DNA of 64,000 nucleotides, from assembly GCA_963699755.1 (NCBI GenBank), contig CAVOVB010000008.1, forward strand, positions 32,001-96,000, given 5' to 3'. Source of the stretch: an uncultured delta proteobacterium. GTDB taxonomy: Bacteria; Myxococcota_A; Polyangia; Polyangiales; Houyiibacteriaceae. The position numbers and the translations under genes are program-made. A model generated the notes under the pieces. The model worked only from the letters and a program-made list of their open reading frames with translations. It did no database searches and had not been told where the DNA came from. Positions 36,704 through 46,308 of the stretch are shown piece by piece. Position 1 is the first letter of the stretch. Each line of letters begins with the position of its first letter.

Positions 36704-38209
36704 ATGGCCGAGACGAATGCGGCAATGGGGCAGCGTCTGCGGGAGCTCAGGCTCCGCCGAGGCCTGCAACAGAGCGAGGTTGCACGTCGCCTCAAGATCT
36801 CACCGGCCTACTTGAGCCTGATCGAGAAGGGCAAGCGCGTCGTTCAGCTGCCGCTGCTCTTCCAGGCGCTCGAGCTCTACGGCATAGCGGTCGAAGACTT
36901 CATGTCGAGCCTCGGGGAGCGCCGAGTCGACGACGGCCTCGCGCGCCTCCTCGACGATCCTCTCCTTCGCTCGCTCAATTTGAGCGAAGAGGACCTAGCC
37001 AGCATCAGCGCCGAGCCGCGGATGGTGACTACCATCGCCGCGCTCTTCAATCTCTACAAGAACACGCGCAGCCAGCTCGACCACGTGATGGCGAGTCTCG
37101 CGCAGCGCGAGCAGCAGGTCGATGATGGTGCCGCTCGCTTCGACTACAATCCGTACGACGAGGTCACCGACTTTCTCGAGCAGAATGACAACTGGTTTGA
37201 GCAGCTGGAGGAGCGGGCACAGCGGTTTCGGCGTGATTGTGCTTTCGGCCGCCGTGTGACGAGCGACGATCTGGAGCGGGGACTCCTCGATCGGGTCGGC
37301 GTGCGGGTGCATCGCATCCCCGAGCGGACCGACAGCTCCGTCATCCGGACTTGGAACCCCGAAGAGCGCGTCCTCACGGTCTCCAACGATCTCTTCGAGC
37401 AGCGTCTCAAGTTCCAGCTAGCGCACACGATTGCGCTCGGGCTATTCGATGAGGAGAAGCTACACAAGCCCATCCTAGAGGGGTACCGCGGCCAGCATGG
37501 CGAAACGCGGAAGCTCATCAAGATCCACCTCGCAAACTACTTTGCAGGCGCGCTCTTGCTCCCCTATCCAGAGTTCTATCGGGATGTGATGACCACCCGG
37601 TACGACGTCGAGCTACTCGCGCAGCTCTTCGAATCGTCCTATGAAACGGTTGCGCACCGGATGTGCAATCTGGCCGACCCACGTCGCCGCGGAGTGCCTA
37701 TGCACTTTCTGCGGGTCGATGTCGCTGGCAACATCTCCAAGCGCTATTCGGGAGACGGCATTCGCTTCCCGCACCAGGGCGGCTCATGCCCGAAAATGGC
37801 GGTGCATTTGGCGTTTCTGACGCCGAGCGTGATAGGCAAGCAGTACTCGGCGTTTCCCGACGGATCGACCTATTTCTGCTTCGCGAAGGTCGTCAGTGAG
37901 CCGCAGCAGGGCTCGCTCGTGAAGGGGACGACGTACAGCATCGGCCTCGGCACCCATGCGGACAACGCGAAGCACTTTGCGTATGCCGATGACCTGCCGT
38001 TTGCCGACCCCAAGAAAATGGCGGTACCCGTTGGAACGACCTGCCGGTTCTGCGAGCGTACCGATTGCAACATGCGTTCGGCGCCGAGCTACAAATTCGC
38101 GTTCCGCGTCGACGAGCACATCAAGAAAGACAACTTCTTCTCGCCGCTGGTGCGCGGAGATGCCGGCGCGGACCCGGAAAAGCCGGCTCGCCGCAAGCTG
38201 ACGGCATGA
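36704..38209 (+). CDS. RamB/ScfR-family (XRE) short-chain acyl-CoA regulator
   Basis: N-terminal XRE HTH (ISPAYLSLIEKGKR), NYFAGALLLPY, RVDVAGNISKR, C-terminal CRFCERTDC. Confidence 0.9.
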   Translation: MAETNAAMGQRLRELRLRRGLQQSEVARRLKISPAYLSLIEKGKRVVQLPLLFQALELYGIAVEDFMSSLGERRVDDGLARLLDDPLLRSLNLSEEDLASISAEPRMVTTIAALFNLYKNTRSQLDHVMASLAQREQQVDDGAARFDYNPYDEVTDFLEQNDNWFEQLEERAQRFRRDCAFGRRVTSDDLERGLLDRVGVRVHRIPERTDSSVIRTWNPEERVLTVSNDLFEQRLKFQLAHTIALGLFDEEKLHKPILEGYRGQHGETRKLIKIHLANYFAGALLLPYPEFYRDVMTTRYDVELLAQLFESSYETVAHRMCNLADPRRRGVPMHFLRVDVAGNISKRYSGDGIRFPHQGGSCPKMAVHLAFLTPSVIGKQYSAFPDGSTYFCFAKVVSEPQQGSLVKGTTYSIGLGTHADNAKHFAYADDLPFADPKKMAVPVGTTCRFCERTDCNMRSAPSYKFAFRVDEHIKKDNFFSPLVRGDAGADPEKPARRKLTA

Positions 38210-38233
38210 TATGTTTCCGCATCGGAGGTGAGA

Positions 38234-38719
38234 ATGCCGTCGTTCGACGTAGTTTCCAAGATCGATCAACATGAGGTCGACAACGCGCGCAACCAGGCGA
38301 GCAAAGAGATCGGTCAGCGATACGACTTCAAGGGCACCGAGAGCTCGGTCGAACAAACCGAGGAAGGGATCGTGATTCGGGCAAATAGCGAAGGCCGGCT
38401 CGATGCGGCTCGCGATGTGCTCGAAAGCAAGCTGGTTCGCCGGCAAGTGTCTCTGAAGTCGCTCGATCCGCAGCAGCCACAACAGGCGGGCGGCCAGATG
38501 TGGCGGCAACTCATCAAGTTGAAGGAGGGCGTCTCCAAGGAGAAGGCCAAGGAAATCGTCAAGGCCATCAAGGACAGCAAGCTCAAAGTCCAGGCCTCGA
38601 TTCAGGGCGACGCCGTACGGGTCTCGGGCAAGAACCGCGATGATTTGCAGTCGACGATCGCGTTCCTCAAGGAGCAGGACTTCGACCTGCCGCTTCAATA
38701 TGTGAACTTCCGAGACTGA
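38234..38719 (+). CDS. yajQ: YajQ-family nucleotide/c-di-GMP-binding protein
   Basis: MPSFDVVS, RYDFKG, KVQASIQGD, LQYVNFRD; GGAGG SD. Confidence 0.95.
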   Translation: MPSFDVVSKIDQHEVDNARNQASKEIGQRYDFKGTESSVEQTEEGIVIRANSEGRLDAARDVLESKLVRRQVSLKSLDPQQPQQAGGQMWRQLIKLKEGVSKEKAKEIVKAIKDSKLKVQASIQGDAVRVSGKNRDDLQSTIAFLKEQDFDLPLQYVNFRD

Positions 38720-38730
38720 GGCGAAGCGCT

Positions 38731-39594
38731 TTGATCGAGACGAAAAGGGAGCTCCGCGTCGGCTACCAGGGCAGTGAAGGGGCCTACAGCCAGCTCGCAG
38801 CCACTCAGCACTTCAAGGCCGCGGCCCCGTCGCTTCGCTGCATCGGCTACCACAGCTTTCGCGAAATGCTCGAGGCACTGAAGGCCAGGGAAGTCGACTA
38901 CGCGGTGCTTCCGATCGAGAACTCGATCGCGGGCTCCATCAACGAGAGCTACGACCTGCTCGCGACGATGGGGCTCTCGCTGGTCGGTGAGGAGTTTCAG
39001 CCCATCGCGCACTGCCTCATCGGCGCTGCGGACGTCGCCGTGGCCGACATCCGCCGCGTGTATTCCCACCCCGTTGCATTGGCGCAGTGCGGCGAGTTTT
39101 TGGCGACACTAGAGGACTGTCACGTCGAAGCCTTCACCGACACGGCCATGTCGGTCGAGAAGGTGAAGAAGGATGCCGACCCGACGCAGGCGGCGATCGC
39201 GAGCAAAGAAGCTGCCGCGCTGCACGGCCTGCCGATCCTCCGACGGGACATCGCCGACCACCCGGAGAACTACACGCGTATGGTCATCGTCGCGTTGGAG
39301 CCAGCGCACTACGACGGGACGGTTCCGTGCAAGACCTCTTTGGTCTTTTCGACGGTCCACGAGCAGGGCGCGCTCGCCCGCTGCATCGCGATCTTTGCCG
39401 AGTACGGCCTAAACCTCACCAAGATCGAATCGCGACCCAAACCCGACACGCCGTTCGAATACATCTTTTACCTCGATTTCGAGGGCAACGTCGATCTCGA
39501 GACGACCCGGGCGGCCCTCCGTGATCTCGGAAAGGTCACCACCTTTCTGACCGTTCTCGGTTCGTATCCGATTGGTCGCGCGGGCGTCAGCTAG
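38731..39594 (+). CDS. pheA: Prephenate dehydratase
   Basis: YQGSEGAYS, LPIENS, SHPVALAQC, NYTR, ACT domain LTKIESRP. Confidence 0.93.
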   Translation: MIETKRELRVGYQGSEGAYSQLAATQHFKAAAPSLRCIGYHSFREMLEALKAREVDYAVLPIENSIAGSINESYDLLATMGLSLVGEEFQPIAHCLIGAADVAVADIRRVYSHPVALAQCGEFLATLEDCHVEAFTDTAMSVEKVKKDADPTQAAIASKEAAALHGLPILRRDIADHPENYTRMVIVALEPAHYDGTVPCKTSLVFSTVHEQGALARCIAIFAEYGLNLTKIESRPKPDTPFEYIFYLDFEGNVDLETTRAALRDLGKVTTFLTVLGSYPIGRAGVS

Positions 39595-41908
39595 CGAGCG
39601 CTGCTGCGACGTCCGAGATTCGGTCCGCATCGGTGTTCAAACCGGCGGCGAGGCAGGTCGCAGCAACCATCTTCAACGCGGCGGCCTCCCCCGGGCCGTC
39701 TTCTTGGGCCCGCGCGAGAGCTAGCGCTTCGAGCGAGTCGATCATCGCATCGTGCCGACGCCCCCGCGCGAGCTGCACACAGGCCGAAGCGATCGAGATT
39801 CGAATTGCAGCGCCGGGTTTTCGACGAGGGCTCTTCCGCGCCGCCGCGAGCGCCTGCTTCGCTGACTTGACGTCCTCGCGGCTGAGATAGGAGACAACGC
39901 GCAGGCAATGCGCCCCCGTGAGGTCTCCGCCTGCGGCGATCGAGGACTCTATCAAGACGTCGAACCTCTCGTGGTCGCGCTCCTTGAGAGCATCGATGAT
40001 CGCCCCCACGCCGTCTTCGAGGGCCGCTTCTGGAACCGGAATCGTGGGTCGTTCATCGTATTCGTCAGCCGGCTGCCCGCTCGGGAGTCGAACTGCCTTA
40101 CTGATTTCCGAGGCCGCAGAGCGCGTCTCCCCGTTGGGCTGGTATTGAACCGCGGCGGCAGCCAGTCGCACTGCCGAGGCGGTGTAACCCAGGTCCGCCG
40201 CAAGCGATCCCGCCTCGAGAATGGCGTGTGCACCGCGCTCGAGGTCACCGCCCTCGCAGAGGTAGGCGCCGACTGTTGCAGCCATCGAAGGGCCGAGCAG
40301 AGGTTCCGCCGTGTGGAGAGCTTCGGCGACGAGGCGGTAGACTTCACCTCGGCGCGCCGGCGGCATGCGTTGAACGACCGCCCTGCGAAGGAGCTCCGAG
40401 CTCGGCTTGCCCTGGGGGGTCAGGAGGCTGTCCTTGACGAGTGCTTCGAGGCAGCGGCGTCGCGTGTCGCGGGGGATACCGTCCAGACCGACCGCTGCGT
40501 CGATCACTTTCCCAGAGGAAGCAGGGAGCGCGGCGCATGCGACTTCGAGGTAACGCATGGATGAGGTGTCGAGCGTCGCGAATCGTTCTTCGAGCAGGGC
40601 ACGCGGACCCAGATACTGACGCCGGTCGGAGGCCTCTTCGCGCCAGACGAAGCCATGGTCGTCATGAATCAGGTCGCCAGTGGCGACCATGGTGCGGGCC
40701 GCCTCCGCGATGCCGAGCACTGTCGTGCCGCCCGTGATGACGAGCTGCTTGGCGATTTCCATATCTGCGTTCGGGCCGAGAACTCCCGCGGCAATGAGCA
40801 GGGCTTCGCTAGGATCGATCGTGGGCATCTCGATGCGGACGGCCCCTCGTAGGGAGCGGAGCCCAGCTGGCACAGTCGAATCGGTCGTGCGGATGCAGAG
40901 CAATGCCGCCACTGTCTCATCGGACAAGGCCGCGCCCAGAACCCAGAGCGTAGCGGGATCGAGTGCTGAGATGCGGTCTATGTAGATCCACGCAATGCCA
41001 TGTTCCGTCCGAAGAGCTCCTAGCAAGACTTTGAGTGCGTGAATCGCCGCTTCCCGACGAGGTGGGTTCGCACAGGCAATCGCCTTGATCGCATCCGCCA
41101 CGCCGGGTTCAGTCTTCTTCAGCGCCTGCCGCGTGGGTTCGAGCGTCCGCCAAGCCTTCAGGAGCGCGAGACGAAGTCCACCAAGCGGCTCGAGCCCGCC
41201 GGGCACTGCCCCTATTTCGAGGAATATCGGCGGACGAAGCTCGTCGCGTAGCGCGAAGATTCCGTCGCGCGCGCCGATCCCGAGCGGGCCCTTCAGGTAG
41301 AAGGCGCCTGTCTCCGTTCCCGCAGCGGCCTTCTTGATCGGCTCGAGGGCATGCCGAATGCTCGATGGAACGGGAGGGGGCTGGAGCAGTGCGACCGCTT
41401 GTCGGCACCGTTCGAGAAGCGGCCGACTTCTGTCGATCGCTTCGCCGTGCAGCGCAAACGAGCTCGTGGATACCGAGCGTCCGAACAGGTACGTCCTCGA
41501 CGCGGCCTCGCGTGACTCGACGTCCAGAACCACTTCCCCCGCGCGGGCTTGATTGGCCAAGAGCTGCGCCCTGTCGATCGCGCTTCCGCTGCCGGTGAGC
41601 TCGCCGCTCTGGTCTTTGGAGCGTTGGATCGCGCCTGTCGCGAGGCCGAACGCGATCGGGAGCCCGCCCGCGGGCACGGGCTGTGACTCGGCTTCTGCGA
41701 GCAAGCGCAACGCCAAGTTGATCGCGGACTTGAGCTCGTGAAGCCCGAAGCTCGCGACGACCGTGCCGCCCAGGGAGGACATCACCTCGGCGCCACTGTT
41801 TTTCACTTCGTTGGTGACGTATCGTGCCCACTGACCGGCGGCCGCTGTCGTCTCCTCCTCGTCGAAGGCAGGCGGAAGAATTCTGTGCCAGAGGACGAAA
41901 CGTTCCAT
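39587..41908 (-). CDS. Degenerate class III nucleotide cyclase + degenerate P-loop (STAND-like) + helical repeat protein
   Basis: SLGGTVVASFG...IAFGLATG...GSAIDRAQLLANQARAGEVVL cyclase pattern; GPLGIGAR Walker A-like; IYIDRISALDPATL Walker B-like. Confidence 0.6.
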   Translation of the reverse strand: MERFVLWHRILPPAFDEEETTAAAGQWARYVTNEVKNSGAEVMSSLGGTVVASFGLHELKSAINLALRLLAEAESQPVPAGGLPIAFGLATGAIQRSKDQSGELTGSGSAIDRAQLLANQARAGEVVLDVESREAASRTYLFGRSVSTSSFALHGEAIDRSRPLLERCRQAVALLQPPPVPSSIRHALEPIKKAAAGTETGAFYLKGPLGIGARDGIFALRDELRPPIFLEIGAVPGGLEPLGGLRLALLKAWRTLEPTRQALKKTEPGVADAIKAIACANPPRREAAIHALKVLLGALRTEHGIAWIYIDRISALDPATLWVLGAALSDETVAALLCIRTTDSTVPAGLRSLRGAVRIEMPTIDPSEALLIAAGVLGPNADMEIAKQLVITGGTTVLGIAEAARTMVATGDLIHDDHGFVWREEASDRRQYLGPRALLEERFATLDTSSMRYLEVACAALPASSGKVIDAAVGLDGIPRDTRRRCLEALVKDSLLTPQGKPSSELLRRAVVQRMPPARRGEVYRLVAEALHTAEPLLGPSMAATVGAYLCEGGDLERGAHAILEAGSLAADLGYTASAVRLAAAAVQYQPNGETRSAASEISKAVRLPSGQPADEYDERPTIPVPEAALEDGVGAIIDALKERDHERFDVLIESSIAAGGDLTGAHCLRVVSYLSREDVKSAKQALAAARKSPRRKPGAAIRISIASACVQLARGRRHDAMIDSLEALALARAQEDGPGEAAALKMVAATCLAAGLNTDADRISDVAAALAS

Positions 41909-41920
41909 CGTGATGTACGG

Positions 41921-42601
41921 CTAGCCGCCGAGCTTTGCTTTCAGAGCCGCGAGCTCGTCGTCGACGTTCTCTTCTCGCTCGTCGGACTCGAGGGCACGGA
42001 AGCGCACGTCGAGCTCGACGCGCTTGGGGTCTTCCAGGATTTCGTGAGCTTCGACTTCGGCGTCCAACTGGTCGATTTGATCAGCCATGCGTTCTAGATC
42101 GGTGAACGCGCCTCCGCCAAGCCGGTCGCCGCTCGCGAGAGCCGGGTCGGGCTTCTGAATCCGCGCCTGGCGCACCTGGGCGGCCAGTGTTTTCTGCCTG
42201 GCCTTGAGGTCGTCGAGCTTCTCCTCGATTCGCTCGAGCTGCGCCTTCATCGCGTCGGCGGCGCTTGCCTGCTGGGCGGCTCGCTCTCGCACGTTCTGGG
42301 CTTCTTTCAGTGTGCGTGCTTTTCGCCGCAGCGCTTCCCGCGCAAGCTCGTCGTCGTCTTGTTCGAGGGCGAGGATCGCTTTTCGCTCCCAGCCGGCCGC
42401 TTCCTGCGAGAGCTCTTCCTCCTTCTTGTCGAGGCGTTTCGCGCTCCCGACGGCCTCGATCAGGTCCTTGCGAGCGCGTTTGAGAGCGGATTTCATGTCG
42501 GTCACGGTTTGACCGATCATTTTCTCTGGGTCTTCCGCGTGTTCGACTAGCGCGTTCAGATTGGATTTGATCACTCGGTTGAGCCGACTGAAGATGCCCA
42601 T
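41921..42601 (-). CDS. pspA: PspA/IM30 family protein
   Basis: MGIFSRLNRVIKSNLNALVEHAEDPEKM, coiled coil, VDDELAALKAKL; start ATG 42601. Confidence 0.92.
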   Translation of the reverse strand: MGIFSRLNRVIKSNLNALVEHAEDPEKMIGQTVTDMKSALKRARKDLIEAVGSAKRLDKKEEELSQEAAGWERKAILALEQDDDELAREALRRKARTLKEAQNVRERAAQQASAADAMKAQLERIEEKLDDLKARQKTLAAQVRQARIQKPDPALASGDRLGGGAFTDLERMADQIDQLDAEVEAHEILEDPKRVELDVRFRALESDEREENVDDELAALKAKLGG

Positions 42602-42620
42602 CTCCCCCCCTACCGGGCTC

Positions 42621-42649
42621 AGGATCCCACGGGGAGGGCCCCCTGTAAA
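42621..42649 (-). promoter_or_regulatory. Putative sigma70 promoter of pspA
   Basis: TTTACA-N17-GATCCT on the minus strand. Confidence 0.4.
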
Positions 42650-42700
42650 GGGAGGGAGGTTTCTCGACTTCCATCTTCTGTCTGTGCTAGCTGAGGACCT

Positions 42701-43666
42701 ATGCTGAAGGGGGCGCATGTCCTTATTACAGGGGGTGCGGGATTCATCGGAACCGCGCTGAGTGAACGTCTCGCGAAGGATAACCGCGTTCGCGTTCTGG
42801 ATATCCTGCGCCGAAACGCGCTTTCCAAAGCTGGCCTCGACCGCCATCCCAACGTGGAGCTCGTCGTCGGCGACGTCCGTGATATGACCGCCGTTCGCCG
42901 CGCCGTAGCCGGCTGTGACTACGTGATCCACATGGCCTCGATTGCCGGGGTTGACACGGTTTTGAAGAACCCCGTCATGACGATGGAGATTTCGCTCGAA
43001 GGCACGATGAACGTGCTTCGTGCGGCCAACGACTGTCACGGAATCAAGCGGGTGATCGATTTTTCTACCAGCGAGGTGTTCGGCTCGTATGCGTTTCGCG
43101 TCAGAGAGGCCGACGTCACCAGCCTGGGCGCGGTTGGCGAAGCCCGCTGGACCTACGCCGTGAGCAAGCTCGCGACGGAGCATCTTGCGCACAACTACTG
43201 GAAGCAGTTCAACTTGCCGACGGTTTCGATTCGCCCGTTCAACATCTTCGGGCCCGGGCAAGTCGGAGAGGGTGCTGTGCACGCGTTTGTGGTGCGCGCG
43301 CTTCAGGATGAGAAGATCCTCATCCACAACGAGGGCGACCAGATCCGATCTTGGTGTTACATCGACGACATCGTCGATGCGATCGAGCTTGCCATGGAGC
43401 GGGAGGCGGCCATTGGCGAGAGCTTCAACATCGGCAACCCTCGAAGCACGGTCACCATCTACCAGCTCGCACGGCTGATCGTGCGTCTCGCCGAGAGCAA
43501 GTCTCCGATCGAGTTCGTTGACTGGGACTTTCCCGACGTCGAGCTTCGCATCCCGGACGTAAAAAAGGCCGAGGAGCTCTTGGGCTTCAGGGCACAGGTG
43601 GAGCTCGAACAGGGGCTGCTCCGTACGATCGAATGGTACCGGCGTAAGCTCAGCGGCGAGGCCTGA
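42701..43666 (+). CDS. NAD-dependent nucleotide-sugar epimerase/dehydratase
   Basis: TGGAGFIG, STSEVFG, YAVSK, RPFNIFGP, RSWCYIDD. Confidence 0.9.
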   Translation: MLKGAHVLITGGAGFIGTALSERLAKDNRVRVLDILRRNALSKAGLDRHPNVELVVGDVRDMTAVRRAVAGCDYVIHMASIAGVDTVLKNPVMTMEISLEGTMNVLRAANDCHGIKRVIDFSTSEVFGSYAFRVREADVTSLGAVGEARWTYAVSKLATEHLAHNYWKQFNLPTVSIRPFNIFGPGQVGEGAVHAFVVRALQDEKILIHNEGDQIRSWCYIDDIVDAIELAMEREAAIGESFNIGNPRSTVTIYQLARLIVRLAESKSPIEFVDWDFPDVELRIPDVKKAEELLGFRAQVELEQGLLRTIEWYRRKLSGEA

Positions 43667-43667
43667 G

Positions 43668-44765
43668 GTGTCCGACGCTCCTCCGCGGGTTTATGACTTG
43701 TCTGCGGCCCGTCCGGACGGCTGGTTCGAGGAGGTGCTCAAGCAGTCCCCGGACTTCGAAAAGGCCTGTCAGATCATCGGCCGCAACACGCTCGGCCTCG
43801 CCCTCATTGCCGGCGCGCGCATCTTGAGCCTCACCGCGAATCCACACACGCAGAACCTGACCCTGGTTGAATTCTCGATCGGCCCCGATCCGACTGTCAA
43901 GCAAGTGCAACTTCCCGAATTTCGAGAGACGGTTGCGCGATACTTGCTCGGACCGCTGCAGAATCAGGGCCTGCCCGCCCAAGCGGATATCGAGACGCTC
44001 CAGGCGCACATCGGAGGGCGCTACATGCTCGAAGCTTCTCTCTTCTACGTGGAGCCAATCGAGCTTCGACACGATCTCGGCCTCTCGGAGATTGCGGTTC
44101 GATTCAACGGGGTCGAGCACGTTCTGACGCTCGAGGATTTCAGAGAGGTCCTCGACGAGCGGGTGCGCTCAGAGCTCGGACTCGACGCTCCAAACGACTC
44201 TGCGATCGACCTTGCGGTCGTAGACCAGGCGGAGAAGGCGAACGCCCACGGCAATTGGGGCGCTACGATCGCCATGCTCAATCCCTGGCTCACGCCGATT
44301 TCCATGCTCTTGCGAACCGGGGAATCCCAGAGCCTCGCAGAGGAAGTCCACGGCCGCCTGTCGCTCAGCCTGGATCTGCTCGGCACCGCCTATGCCGAGA
44401 TTGGGGAGCTCGAGGCGGCCAACGAGGTCTTGCGTCTCGGGGTTCAGTGGGCAGGCGAATCTAGCAAGGCAGGGCCGCTGTTCCTCGCCCTGGGGCGAGC
44501 CTCCGTTGCAGGCGAGAAGCATGGTGAGTCGATAGGCTTGCTGCGGCGCGCGATTCGACTCGGCGCCGATGAGCGAGAGGCGTTGCCCCTCTTGGCCCGA
44601 TCATTGGCCGCCCGGAACCAGATTCTGGCGGCGATGGTCTGCTTCGAACGTGCCCGCGAGCTGGGCGCCGATGCCTCGGAGCTCGACGCGCCGAGGCAGG
44701 ACTTGGCCACACGTCTCGGCGATGCTTGGCCCCGCTTTCAGGCCTGGGTCAACGGCACCGAGTAG
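43668..44765 (+). CDS. Hypothetical protein with C-terminal TPRs
   Basis: 365-aa ORF 1 bp after the epimerase; helical TPR-like C-terminal half. Confidence 0.72.
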   Translation: MSDAPPRVYDLSAARPDGWFEEVLKQSPDFEKACQIIGRNTLGLALIAGARILSLTANPHTQNLTLVEFSIGPDPTVKQVQLPEFRETVARYLLGPLQNQGLPAQADIETLQAHIGGRYMLEASLFYVEPIELRHDLGLSEIAVRFNGVEHVLTLEDFREVLDERVRSELGLDAPNDSAIDLAVVDQAEKANAHGNWGATIAMLNPWLTPISMLLRTGESQSLAEEVHGRLSLSLDLLGTAYAEIGELEAANEVLRLGVQWAGESSKAGPLFLALGRASVAGEKHGESIGLLRRAIRLGADEREALPLLARSLAARNQILAAMVCFERARELGADASELDAPRQDLATRLGDAWPRFQAWVNGTE

Positions 44766-44769
44766 TCGC

Positions 44770-44798
44770 TTTACATTGGCACCTAGGCTTCGTACCGT
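44770..44798 (+). promoter_or_regulatory. Putative sigma70 promoter of glpK
   Basis: TTTACA-N17-TACCGT, 10 nt before the ATG. Confidence 0.5.
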
Positions 44799-44808
44799 AC
44801 CGGCTCGG

Positions 44809-46308
44809 ATGTCGGGCTTTCTTCTGTCTATCGATCAGGGAACCACTGGTTCCACCGCTATGCTTCTATCTCCCGAAGGGGAGGTCTTAGGGCGCGCAAA
44901 CCACGAATTTCCACAGCATTTTCCCCATCCCGGCTGGGTCGAGCACGACCTGGACGAGATTTGGAAGAGCGTCGGCGATGCGGTGCGCGACGCGATCGAG
45001 CGTGCTGGGGTCCCCGGGACCGATTGCTTGGGCATCGGCATCACGAACCAGCGAGAGACGACCGTCCTTTGGGACCGGAAGACCGGCAAGGCCGTGCATA
45101 GGGCGATCGTCTGGCAGGACCGCCGCACCGCAGATCGCTGTCAGGAGCTCAAGGACGCTGGCAAAGAAGTGATGTTTCGCCAGCGAACCGGCCTGGTCCT
45201 CGATCCATATTTGGCTGGCACCAAGCTCGAATGGCTTCTCGACCACGTCGATGGCGCGCGCGCGCGCGCCGCCAAGGGCGAGCTGGCTTTTGGCACGATC
45301 GACTCCTGGCTGGTCTACCGCTTGTCGGGCGGCAAGGCGCACGTGACCGACGCGAGCAACGCGTCCCGCACCCTCTTTTACGACATCGGCAAAGGCCGTT
45401 GGGACGAGGAGCTCGCCGCGGTGTTGCGCGTGCCGATGGCCGTCCTGCCCGAAGTCCGGACCTGCTCTGAAGTGTATGCACACACGTCTAGCGTTCCCGG
45501 ATTGCCAGATGGGATTCCGATCGCCGGGATGGCCGGCGATCAGCAAGCGGCGCTGTTCGGACAGACCTGCTTCGAAGTCGGCGACGCGAAGTGTACATAC
45601 GGCACGGGGGCGTTCTTGCTGATGAACACCGGAACGAGCCCGGTGCACTCCGACAACGGGCTCCTCACGACGATCGCCTGGAGGCTCGGCGACCAAACCG
45701 TGTACGCCCTCGAGGGGAGCGCGTTCATCGCCGGTGCCGCCGTTCAGTGGTTGCGCGATGGACTCGGTCTGATCTCCTCCTCGGACGAGATCGAAAGCAA
45801 GGCACGGGAGGTCGATGAAACAGGGGACGTGGTGTTCGTACCTGCTTTGGCCGGTCTGGGAGCGCCATACTGGGACCCGCATGCGCGGGGCCTGATTTAT
45901 GGGCTTACGAGAGATACGACCGCCGCGCACTTGGCCCGCGCAACCCTCGAGGGAATCGCTTTCCAAATCGTCGACCTGGTCGATGCGATGCAGGCAGATG
46001 CCGATCGTCGAATCAAGCGTCTGAGGGTCGACGGTGGTGCGGCTCGCAATAACTTACTCATGCAATTTGAAGCGGACATGCTCGGGGTGACGATCGATCG
46101 TCCCGAGAACGTCGAAACGACTGGACTAGGAGCTGCTTACTTAGCTGGCATGGCCGTTGGCATATTCGATGGCCTAGATTCTGTTCTAGATGCTTACCGT
46201 ATCGAGCGTAGCTTTGAGCCTCAGGTCACCCAATCCGAACGAGACGGGCACTTGGAGCGATGGCGCGACGCGGTACGGCGGGCGCGAAGTGAGATGGGAA
46301 TAACATGA
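44809..46308 (+). CDS. glpK: Glycerol kinase
   Basis: SIDQGTTGS, GITNQRETT, WQDRRT, GDQQAALFG, TYGTGAF, RVDGG. Confidence 0.96.
   Translation: MSGFLLSIDQGTTGSTAMLLSPEGEVLGRANHEFPQHFPHPGWVEHDLDEIWKSVGDAVRDAIERAGVPGTDCLGIGITNQRETTVLWDRKTGKAVHRAIVWQDRRTADRCQELKDAGKEVMFRQRTGLVLDPYLAGTKLEWLLDHVDGARARAAKGELAFGTIDSWLVYRLSGGKAHVTDASNASRTLFYDIGKGRWDEELAAVLRVPMAVLPEVRTCSEVYAHTSSVPGLPDGIPIAGMAGDQQAALFGQTCFEVGDAKCTYGTGAFLLMNTGTSPVHSDNGLLTTIAWRLGDQTVYALEGSAFIAGAAVQWLRDGLGLISSSDEIESKAREVDETGDVVFVPALAGLGAPYWDPHARGLIYGLTRDTTAAHLARATLEGIAFQIVDLVDAMQADADRRIKRLRVDGGAARNNLLMQFEADMLGVTIDRPENVETTGLGAAYLAGMAVGIFDGLDSVLDAYRIERSFEPQVTQSERDGHLERWRDAVRRARSEMGIT

Noticed and set aside
42602..43327. Apparent N-terminal extension or fusion of PspA (468-aa ORF)
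   Set aside because: The extension is antisense to the epimerase; the PspA start with SD is at 42601.
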